Positions 1 to 8,863 of a stretch of 20,000 bases of DNA are shown here, piece after piece. The notes below the pieces were generated by a model. It searched no databases, was not told where the DNA came from, and worked only from the letters and a program-made list of their open reading frames with translations. Origin of the DNA: Atractiella rhizophila (Eukaryota); NCBI GenBank assembly GCA_021432655.1, contig MU271410.1:50500-70499 (forward strand), written 5' to 3'. Every line of letters begins with the position of its first letter. Positions within the stretch are counted from its first letter, which is position 1. Both the position numbers and the translations under genes were made by a program.

Positions 1-1275
1 CAGGGCGTGCTTGAGTGACGCTACGTTGTTGACGCGATGGAGCTGGTGTCGTAGCCGCTGGCGCGGAGGATTTTGCGACTCGAGCAAGGTTTTTTGTGCC
101 TTGGCTACGCTTCAGAGATGATTTGCGGTGGATTATGACGTCGGGAAGAGGGAAAGGAAAGAAATTTGCGAATGGGGATTCTAAACTCGCGTCAATTTCT
201 CAACCTTGACCAAGGTAGACAGGATAGATATGACATACTTCGATTCGTGAAAGCTTCCTCGTAAGCTTCTTTGACATCTTCATCTTCAAACTTATCCCTC
301 TCTTCTTCTTTCTCGCTCGCATGAGAGAACGGTAACCAAGCCATACCCCTCCTGAAGATACCTTCTGGCAACCTGGGCACCTCTACATCTTGTAAGATCT
401 CCTCATACGCGATGCGCTCTTCTCTAGCATCTGTCTCCTCCTCCGTTTCCCTCCCAGGCATATGTTCTACATCCTCCTCGCCTCTCAACGCACGCTCCAT
501 AAATTCTCTCCTCGACTTCTGCTCTTCCGTCTCCTGAACACTTTCTTCCCCATTGAGATTGAGCAGACCTGGATCAAGAGGTGTGGAAAATCGGATCTTC
601 TTTCTCTTCCCTGGGGACGGAGTCTTAAGGCTGCCTGGAGAGAAGGCGGACTGTCGAGGAAGAAGAGCGGGAGGTGGCGGTGGTGCGAGAGGAGTAGTTG
701 ACTTCAACGACGATCTTTGCTTCTTCGCAGTGGTGTTGAGCGGCTTTGGGCGAAGAGCAGTACTAGGATTAGGCTTCCTACCAGTCTGAGGAGCAGGACC
801 GGGAGTCTTGGGGGGAGGCGATAACGCTGAGGGAAGAAAAGCAGTCAGATTCATCTCGCTTTCGCCGAAAGTAGGACAACACCAGAGACGTTTCCTTTTT
901 ATCGCGCCGAACACCGATATCAATCATCGGATAACGAAATAAGTCGGCTTTCATGCCCCCAAAATTTTCTGACAAGTCATGCAAGATCATGCAGCCCTTT
1001 CAAACATTACAAACCGCTACAAACCCCTCCAACACGTCTGAAAAACAAGAAAACGTACCTCTCTCTTTGCCTTTTACCCCTTTCACATTGACCGTGAGCA
1101 AAATCTTTTCCTTGCCCTCTTTCCCTTCATTCTGTTTCCCTGAATGCCCTGGGACGTCATTCAGGATGGCGCTTTTACCCGCGAGTTTTGGAAGGTGGGC
1201 AGACGATGGATTTTCCTTGTCTACGTGGATCCGACGGCGGGATTGAGCGTGTTCGATAGGTCGAGAGTGCAGCAT
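1..1275 (-). CDS. KEN-box, Pro/Ser/Thr-rich protein; candidate securin (Cut2/Pds1-like anaphase inhibitor). 3'-partial, continues past position 1
   Basis: Hand-spliced exons 1275-1059, 826-239 and 180-<1. Introns are 1058-827 (GTACGT...CTGAC...TCAG) and 238-181 (GTATGT...TTGAC...TTAG). Both keep the frame, which stays open to the window edge. The protein has VDKENP (KEN at 1218-1210), RSSL (RxxL), many SP/TP sites and EEDVEHMPG (473-456), which resembles the S. pombe Cut2 DIEYMP motif. The gene model is solid; the securin identity is inferred. Confidence 0.6.
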
Positions 1276-1713
1276 CCTGAGCAGGGCATCTATCGCCTCG
1301 GTGGTTGAAACCGAAAAGAAAACAAGCCCAAATTGATCACCTGACCACGAAGGGACAAATCCAAAACAACACAGAATTTCTGCAGCCACTTGTCGTCGAG
1401 AGGTATCTGGGCGGTACAGTACGTTGGAGGAGTGAGCAATACCTACCGATGAGAAGTTTGGGAGTAGCGTGTGTGCTCAATTTATATTTTCTGATTCAGG
1501 ATGTCGTGGATGTTCGTTGTCCGTTCCGACGCCTTCTGGGCTTCGTCAACTTCGTCCGTCTCTGCTCCGGCTCGTTCATTAGCCAACATTAGCCTTCTAA
1601 TTATGTGCTCTGGACTGGCATAATGGCGTTTTGACCTTCTGGAAGATGCGAAGAAGAAGCGATATGATTCTTTCCCTGAAAGGCATCAACAACGTCAAAC
1701 TGACTCTTGGTTT

Positions 1714-1753
1714 CCTAGCCAGACCACCCCCCTTTTTCGGAATCGTCGTGCAA
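1714..1753 (+). repeat. Left terminal inverted repeat
   Basis: CCTAGCCAGACCACCCCCCTTTTTCGGAATCGTCGTGCAA compared with the reverse complement of 7019-7058, CCTAGCTAGACCACCCCCTTTTTTCAGCATCATCCCGCAA: 7 mismatches, no gaps. Confidence 0.85.
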
Positions 1754-1833
1754 GTATCGGGGACGTACAAACCGTCCACAATTCCAACAATGTTCGCACC
1801 ACGAAAATATGTCCCTGCGATAATGGTTTCGTG

Positions 1834-2031
1834 GCGTTGGAGGGATATTCGGCGCTCGTTGTTGGAGCGTTTGAGGACGATTGCTGGAGGCTTGTGGACG
1901 CGTCGCGGAGACGTTGGACGGCCGTGGGAGGAGCGTTTGGGCGGTATTGGAGAACTATTTTGGATTGATTTGTGGACGGTTTGGTGGTCGTTTTCGAAGC
2001 GTTGCGGAGGCGTTGTTTCATGATTGTGTAA
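1834..2031 (+). repeat. Subterminal array of 18 degenerate units in strict 11-bp register (consensus about nCGTTGnGGAn)
   Basis: gcgttggaggg/atattcggcgc/tcgttgttgga/gcgtttgagga/cgattgctgga/ggcttgtggac/gcgtcgcggag/acgttggacgg/ccgtgggagga/gcgtttgggcg/gtattggagaa/ctattttggat/tgatttgtgga/cggtttggtgg/tcgttttcgaa/gcgttgcggag/gcgttgtttca/tgattgtgtaa. A 14-bp perfect inverted pair also links 1768-1781 to 1970-1983. Confidence 0.8.
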
Positions 2032-3266
2032 CGAGCGGTCTGCTGTCTGTTAAGCATTACAGTGTAATTGCAGCATCATCTTCAAAGTAGATCCCATGGT
2101 TCTTCACATGCAACTCATTGTGCAACCTCATACTATTGCATACATGATAAGGTACCACAGCCTTCGAGCCCCATCTCTTCCCCTCCTTCGCCGTCCAGCT
2201 TCATTCTTCCCATCCCCTTCCCCTGATCCTGATCGCTGATCGCTCGCTCCTACTCCTCTCCCCACTTGTTCGCCTTCGCCTTCACTCCTCACCTTCCCCC
2301 GTCCTCGTTCTTCCTCTCCCGTTCAAGTTGCACCATACGAAGTTCCCGTCTTTTGTCGCTTGATCTCGTACTCCTCATTGCTCATTGCGCTGCCTAAATA
2401 CAAACATGGTTAGTCGTTCTACAGATCAAGTCTCAGAATCTTCTCTCAAGGAGTTAGAGTCGGTTCTCTTCTTGGAAAACCAGGTAACCCCATTGAACGA
2501 GAAAGAGGCGAGCGAAATTGGTTGAGAAATTGATCTAGGTCCTCGTGTGGACTGAACCTAAGTCATTGATAAACAAGATTTTCAAACGGGTAACAAGTGG
2601 AAAGACTTAGCAGATCCATGAGAGAAAGTTCGTCGGGTGAGCGTGTCGTCCAGACGATCCGTCAAGATTAAATGAGCATTGAGAAGGACAGATGACGCGT
2701 GCCACTAACCATACAGAATGCAAAGTCAGAAGCTTGAGGAGGTCAGAGAGCGGGAAATAGTTCCAAAAATTGTAAGTCCTCAGTTCCAAGCTCTTAACTG
2801 GAAAGTGGCGCGTTTTCGGCAGCAGAACAGTTCTCCTGGATTCAATGTTGCTCAACGCAGTGAATTGACGCGACACTTGGACCCAAATCAATGCTCTGTC
2901 GAAGTCTGCACGCCACGCTAACGTAGGACCGAAAGACGCACTTTTTTTGCCCAATTCCACCTCCAATAACCAAAACAAAACATTCCCACATAACATAAGG
3001 ATTATCCCTCTCCCCATGGAAGTCGGACCGGAGTCGAAATACTCAAAATTGTCGGAAAAAAACGCGTCGAAAAATCAGGGGTCCAAAAGTGAAAAGCGCG
3101 TTCAAAGTGAAAAAAATCGTCTGTAAACCTACTCACCATATCCCTCAAGCAACAGAAGAAGTTTGACACGCGTAGGAAAGGCGATAGCTGAGGAATTGTT
3201 GAGTTTGTCGTTCGGTTCGTCGTCGTTTGAATGTGACATCATATCTCCGACCGCCTCCTTTCGCAG

Positions 3267-3707
3267 GCTTGTCAACTAGCGAGGGAGTCGACGAGGGAAT
3301 GCAGGCATCAGGTAAGTTTTTGCTATCTGCTTGCATGGGGTGGTTGAAGGAGAGTCCTAAACTTACTGTGGACCTGGATCTGTATGGTGACAGTCGTTCA
3401 TAAGTATGAAGGGACTCTCTGGATTTCACTTCGTCCATGCAAGCTTGTCCTAGTTTTGTTGAGATGTACTTCCTAGATTGATGGCAGAAGCGTTCGTGCT
3501 ATGCTTACACCGACACAGAAAGCTCAGTGGTCCTCGCTACACCGACAGCTCTCCATTTGGAGTTAAAAGCTTGCTGGAAGGGTACACGCTTCGGTGCTGC
3601 ACCTCTCCAGCTCTTTTTGCGACGGCTTCGACCACAACTTCGGAATTTCAAACGGCTTGAATACCTTGGAGAGGTTTCCGAGGGTGCAGTATACTTTGTA
3701 GTTCAAG
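3267..3707 (+). pseudogene. Spliced gene fragment, possibly from a protein-kinase-like N-lobe
   Basis: Splice signals are TTTCGCAG (ends 3266), GTAAGT (3312), ACACAG (ends 3518) and GTATGT (3708). The joined frame ends ...RNFKRLEYLGEVSEGAVYFVVQ, which loosely resembles a kinase Gly-rich loop. No continuation was found. Confidence 0.25.
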
Positions 3708-4187
3708 GTATGTATGCCATCGTGATTGAGGGATAATGGGCAATATTAGTTGCACGTCAATGGGTCGTTGCCATTGCAGCGTTCTTATGGGCCAATGGTT
3801 TGCAATGGACCGGTGATCCACGGTCAACTCCTCTGGTGCTAGCTCAAGTGCAATCCTAGGAGCAGCGGCACTGCACTGGGTGGAATACTGCTCTCAATTT
3901 CTTTGTATCCTTTTATTGTAACCTTGACTAATTTTTATGTTTACTTTGAAACAGCCTCCGCCTCTTTCTTCACATCGCTCTCTTCTCGGCTTGTTACGTT
4001 CGACACCATTCCTCTTCCTATCGGTCTGCGTACTCCATCCCTTGCCTTGCTGCTTATTCTCGCACATCATTACATAGTGGCAGCTGCCATGTCCTTGTCC
4101 TTGTCTTCCGCCCTTGCCGCCTACCGTTACCATCGAAAGCCAGCCACGGTAACACCTGTAATCACCTCCATCCTCGCAACCAAATCG

Positions 4188-4418
4188 CATGTTGCTGAGT
4201 TCTGGATCCGGGTGGTCAAGATTGCGGAAACTGTACAGAAGGAAACGGGAAAGAGCAAGTTGTTAAAGGACTTCTTGAAGACCACTGAAGGGAACGGAGA
4301 TGGCGCAAGGGTGATTAGGGAATTGAAGGAGGAAGTCGAGGCTTTCGCAACCTCTTTCCCGCTTCCTGGAATTCGTGTGAGTATGGTCTGGCTTCCTCGA
4401 GGGACTATTGTTGAACAT
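4188..4418 (+). pseudogene. C-terminal fragment of serine hydroxymethyltransferase (SHMT)
   Basis: HVAEFWIRVVKIAETVQKETGKSKLLKDFLKTTEGNGDGARVIRELKEEVEAFATSFPLPGI matches the eukaryotic SHMT C-terminal helices (VAxF...V.IA...QK..G.KLLKDF...L..EV..FA..FPLPG). The PLP-binding core is absent upstream. Confidence 0.75.
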
Positions 4419-4869
4419 AAGAATAGAATTCGTCCACTTTCACCAGACATGAGTAGAAGTAGTAGATGTCACCGTGGATTTCGTTCAAATGTAGAAAATT
4501 GTGGTTGCAAGGGTTTCAGTCGGTGTAGGAGTTGGATGAACAATGAAATGTCACCTGTTTGTATAGTAAGAACTTCAACGTTCTGCAAAAAAATGGCATT
4601 TGTGTTCTTGCCTATTTATTTACTGTGCGACATTCGTGAGCAGAAGTTTCGTTGAAGGGAGAGGATTGATTATTATGTTTGCAACCATTTGCAGCATGAG
4701 TAAGGTGTATGATACAGCTCCCGGAAGATGGGCGAACTATTAACGAATAAATATCCATCGAACGACGAAGAGCATGCTGCATTAAAGACATCTATGAAAC
4801 GTGCGTGAGAGTGGGGTTTAATCTATACCGTCAAAGTCAATTCAACGTACGCAGAGAGATAGTCGTGAC

Positions 4870-6250
4870 TTACATCTGACCCATTTTGTTTACTCGAACA
4901 GAGACTGACCATGCCCTCTCGTCTCCCATATCCACCCTGCTGCCCAAACCCTGCTCTACCACCGAATCCACCCTGTGCGTATCCTCTTTTCGCTCAATTT
5001 CCGTAACCCCGCGCTGCTGCCCGTCCCTGCTACCGTATCCACTGCCCTGTCCTCCAAAATCGCCTCCACGTCCAAATCCACTATTAGATCGAGACGAGCA
5101 TCCATTCGACGATCTTCCACCACCAGAACCACTCATGCCAAGCTTCTGCAAGAATGCGTGAGATAGCCCAGGTGCTTGCGCAGGTAATCCACGCCTCTAG
5201 CTGAAACATCTGAAGTGACGAAGACCTTGTACATTCCCTCCACGCTCTCTCTAAACATTCTCGCGACGCCAATCCGATTCTCCTGACTCTTCCTCGTAGA
5301 CGTGAGTTGACCTCGAAAACGGAAGATCTCTTCGCAGAGCCGCTGCGATCTGAGCAAATGTCTCTGTATACTTGGTGGTGGGCAAGAAGATGATTGCTTT
5401 TCTGCCTTTTGGGTTCTCGAGTTGATCCTGCGCAATGAGCCTCATGATGTGGGGGATGACATCGGTGGGAGAGTCTACGACGGTGGCGTATTGAGGAACA
5501 TGAGTGTGGGTTTTGTTCTCGTTTGACATAACAGTATTGATGAAGAGTGGTTTCGGGTTGAGAGCGGCGCGTGCGACCTCCTTGACCTCGTTCTCAAGGG
5601 TGGCGGAGAACATGAAAGTCTGTCTTTTCTGTTTCGGTGGCATCTTGAGCATGATTCGCTTGATCTCGTCCTTGAAACCCATACCCAACAACGTATCCGC
5701 CTCATCGAGAATCAATCGCTCAGACACCGCAACCGACGATTCCACCATGGGCTCGGTAATGAGGGGATCGTTCATTCGCCCAGGAGTAGCAACGACGATA
5801 TCCCTCCTTCCTGAAGTCTTTTGTTTGTACCTCCGACCAAAAGCTGTACCAGGAATCTAGGAAGATGAGAGCACAACTTGATAGCCTCGTTCGCAATTTG
5901 AGTCGCCAATTCCGTCGTGGGTGACAAATTGAGAGCTTCCGCGCTCGAGGAGAGAAATGACGGCCTCCTGAACGGGAGACATATGCTTGAAGGAGAAAAG
6001 AGCGGAGGTGAGAGCTTTGTACAACCCGGGATGGAGGGCAGACTCGACTGTCGAGCATTTTCGACCCTGTGGTGCGGCCTCAGTCTCTGGAGCAGAAGAC
6101 TCTTGTGCTTCCGACTCGGCTTCGGGAGCAATGGCGAAGGTGCGGTTGAAGGAAGTGAAGGAGAAAGCGAGAGGTTGGTGACGGGTAAGAGAGAAGGCGC
6201 TGGGAACTACATCGGTAGGGTGACGGTTGAGCGAAAGAGGGAGTGAAGGG
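4870..6250 (-). pseudogene. Mss116/CYT-19-like mitochondrial DEAD-box RNA helicase pseudogene
   Basis: Present: Q motif LHPGLYKALT...FKHMSPVQEAVISLL (~6035-5950), motif Ia SPTTELATQIANEA (~5924), Ib DIVVATPGR, DEAD (5706-5695), FSAT, IIFLPT, VTSDVSARGVDY (~5220-5185) and a Gly/Ser/Arg-rich tail. Motif I (Walker A) and motif VI are missing. There are several frameshifts, a stop at 5251, no start codon and no recognisable intron. Confidence 0.85.
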
Positions 6251-6783
6251 TTGGTGTCGTCGCGGATTCGAGGTGGAGGTCGGAAAGCGCCACGAAGCTA
6301 AGCTATGCTGTGCCCAATGCAGATTTAATAAAGAACAAACTGCTAGAACAGAAAAGGGCTTACAGCTACACATGGTGCTATTCTGCTTCATCCGAGGGGT
6401 GCTCATTTGGCTGCGAAAGTCCATTCATCGTCGCCGTTTCAAGTAATTTCGATTAGAATTCAAACTTTTACACCAAATTCAGCGTTTTCAATGAGGCGAG
6501 AGGAGGATGGAGGGTCTGGGTCTGGCCTACCAGGCAACCGTGGGAGAGGGAGGAGGAACAGTGCAGTTCCGCCCTGGGCTGCCAAAGAATTAGCAAACTG
6601 CAATAAATGAAAGGAACGGGAAGGGAACGCACACAAAATGGGTCTTAATAATAAAAAATTGATGAACCATGCTGCTTCATGCTGTCCTAGACCCAAACAC
6701 ACCTCAAGCATGGCCTTCCAACCACCATTCAACCGTTGCAGCAATGTTGACAGACAGTTGTCCATTATTGGAATGGTTCCGCA

Positions 6784-6930
6784 TTTCCCAATGATCCAGC
6801 GACGGTTGAGAAATGCAGTCCCAATGCTGTCAAAACCATTGGCAACGCCTCAAAATGCGGGGGCATTCGCAACGATTATGCAATGCGTCACCTACGATTT
6901 CAAAATGCGATGCCAATTGCTTCCCAACCA
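6784..6930 (-). repeat. Right subterminal array (reverse-complement units, mostly 11-bp register, CpG-decayed)
   Basis: AACG/AATG/AACC-type cores start at 6790, 6801, 6812, 6823, 6834, then 6844, 6854, then 6871, 6882, 6893, 6904, 6915, 6926. Many read AATG where the left array predicts AACG. Similar motifs extend over about 6660-7030. Confidence 0.7.
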
Positions 6931-7018
6931 CCAGCACTCAGGTCGGGATTTTTCAAGGTTGCAGGACCATTCTCAAGGTTGGCCTTGGAGACAATCATTA
7001 TGTGAGGGATGGCTATGA

Positions 7019-7058
7019 TTGCGGGATGATGCTGAAAAAAGGGGGTGGTCTAGCTAGG
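7019..7058 (-). repeat. Right terminal inverted repeat
   Basis: The reverse complement matches 1714-1753 at 33/40. It ends ...GGTGGTCTAGCTAGG followed by TT. Confidence 0.85.
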
Positions 7059-7529
7059 TTGTTTTCTTCGCGCCCTTGCATAGTTCTAGTAAGAGATCTC
7101 AAGTGATTCCCTTTTGCAAAGGTTGGGCATATTATTGACCTTTCGGTCCTAGCATGTTTCGTAACGTGACGGGCTGCTACAATCCTAAGGACCAATTCGA
7201 CTCCAACCTTTTCAGCCTGATGTTTGGTAGATCAGTGATAAACACTGTTGGAAGAAGCAGGGAAGAAACGAGAACCCAATGTTAGCATACGTATAAGTCT
7301 TTTGTGACAGTGTCAGGTTGGACGTCTGCAGCAGACTGAAAATCGTAGATATTCCGTGGTGGAGCGGCAACTCTTCCAGGCTTCAACCTTGAGCCCTCGA
7401 GTGCCACCGTGACGGAATATCAAGGAGAACGGTCACCGCTGTCAGCGGTTTGCACGTCAGCATGTAAATCTTTAAATCCCGTGGCCGCGAAGATAAAAGC
7501 CTGCTGATGGAGGCTGGTCCCTCAGAGAT

Positions 7530-8688
7530 ATGGCGCCGTTGAACAAAGCTCTTGTGTCCTCCTTTTGGAAAACTCTAGACAACACAACAGCAGTCTACAG
7601 GCAGACGATAGATCCCGATTGGGCGTTCGATTTTGGGAACGTTCCTCAAGGCGGCAAGTTACTTTGTGCTCTTCTGATCACCCATTAATGTTGTGTGGAA
7701 AAAGGTTACTTACTCGGCATTATTTTGAGCGCTACGATATCATTTATCAGTTCTCCTCCAGATGGCCTGGATTTCCTGCCTTCGAAAGACAAACACCCAG
7801 TTCACATAGTGGGTCATTATTTACGTCGCTCGGAGGTAGGGCAGGAAGTAGATATCGTCATCCGCATTGTTCAGACCTCGAAGACAATGCTATGGCTGAG
7901 CGGAGAGCTGTTTTGCAACGTGTGTATCCTCCCTGGAGCAATCGCCGAGCAAATGACAGGCCAAAGCGGTATAGGGAGCCCTTCAGATTGCATCCACTAG
8001 CATCTTTGGCCCTGCTCCATCCCTGTCCTCCTTGTCCATATCCGATCCAAGACCGCCGTATCCAACCATCTCACCCCCTTTCCCGTTCGGTGTCCATCCT
8101 CAGTCACATGTGGCGGAACAATTTGGAAAGCTGCCTTGGTATGGAAACTCAGGGACATTCAAGATTAAGGAGGTTCCAACTAAATATCTGTTGAAGAGCC
8201 TGACTGATGGGTCGGAATGGGGAGCCTTCGTAGAGTTGAGTGGAGACCAAGCCACGGTACAGTCCTTGCCGTAAGTTGTACCGTTCGCCTCTCGACAGAA
8301 TGTTCAAGGAAGGTATCAGGTTCTATGTGGATATATTTAAAAATGTCGGTCCCTTTCAGAATAACAAGCTGCTGGACGCTGAAAACTTATTTAGATGGTT
8401 GCTTTAATGACGCCAGGTCAACCACCATCATGGTATCCCACAATTACGCTCAGCATAGAGTTCAAGTTTCCCATTCCTGCTGATCCACTTCGACAACTAG
8501 CCATCTTTTCGAACGGGCGAGTAGCGGTAGAAGGCAGAGCTGATCATTCCGTAGAACTCTGGGCTGTTCCCGCTGAAGTTGATGTGGATGGAGAGGAGTG
8601 GAAGAAGAAGTGCTTTTGTCTTGCGATCGGGAGGCAGATTAGTTTGACACGGGTTCCAGAAAGGAATTGGGGAGGATCAAAGATTTGA
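7530..8688 (+). CDS. Thioesterase-like superfamily (double hotdog fold) protein
   Basis: Exons 7530-7653, 7705-7919, 7975-8270, 8320-8344 and 8395-8688 join in frame: MAPLNKALV...IDPDWAFDFGNVPQGGYLLGIIL...HPVHIVGHYL...LPFYVDIFKNM...SWYPTITLSIEFK...GRADHSVELW...LAIGRQISL. The W...P.GGY, P...D and W.PT.TL..EF motifs are typical of fungal thioesterase-family proteins. Confidence 0.85.
7654..7704 (+). other. GC-AG intron (intron 1 of the thioesterase gene)
   Basis: Donor GCAAGT, acceptor AAAG, 51 nt. Removal restores PQGGYLLG. Retention hits an in-frame TAA. Confidence 0.8.
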
Positions 8689-8863
8689 TGACATATTCCA
8701 TATTGGTACATGATTTATTCGGGTTCCTTTGTGCTCTGAAATTCGATAATGACCTTTCTCCGAGAGATGCCCTTCATCAGCATTGAAGAGAGTTACCCTC
8801 CCAACCTCCTAGCCTCCTGAAACCGTCATTCTGAATGGAACTGTCCAATTCAGGACTGCTGCC

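Larger units (their letters stand above)
1714..7058. mobile_element. Putative non-autonomous TIR DNA transposon (CACTA/EnSpm-like), 5345 bp, carrying host-gene fragments
   Basis: Inverted termini at 1714-1753 and 7019-7058 match at 33/40 (23 of the first 25). Flanks are ggttt|CC and GG|ttgtt, giving a possible 2-bp TSD (TT). Both ends have 11-bp-phased subterminal repeats. The interior has only pseudogenes and fragments, with no transposase recognised. Confidence 0.55.

Noticed and set aside
1714..1730. Helitron 3' end (CTAG)
   Set aside because: No GC-rich hairpin sits just before the CTAG, and the motif occurs as an inverted pair with subterminal arrays, which fits a TIR element better.
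1834..2031. CRISPR-like or coding interpretation of the periodic region (ORFs 1631-2023 and 1695-2057)
   Set aside because: The context is eukaryotic, the 11-bp units are contiguous with no spacers, and the ORFs are by-products of the repeat with no recognisable domain.
2160..2350. Pyrimidine-rich tract as a gene
   Set aside because: It gives only a short, interrupted Ser/Pro-rich reading with no start, splice structure or recognisable family.
5251..5775. Functional DEAD-box helicase gene
   Set aside because: Walker A and motif VI are absent, and the frameshifts are not explained by splice signals.
6638..7106. ORFs 6638-7018 and 6813-7106 as a transposase
   Set aside because: No DDE or other transposase motif is recognisable. 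They overlap the subterminal array, and the shared KKGGGLAR peptide is just the translated TIR.
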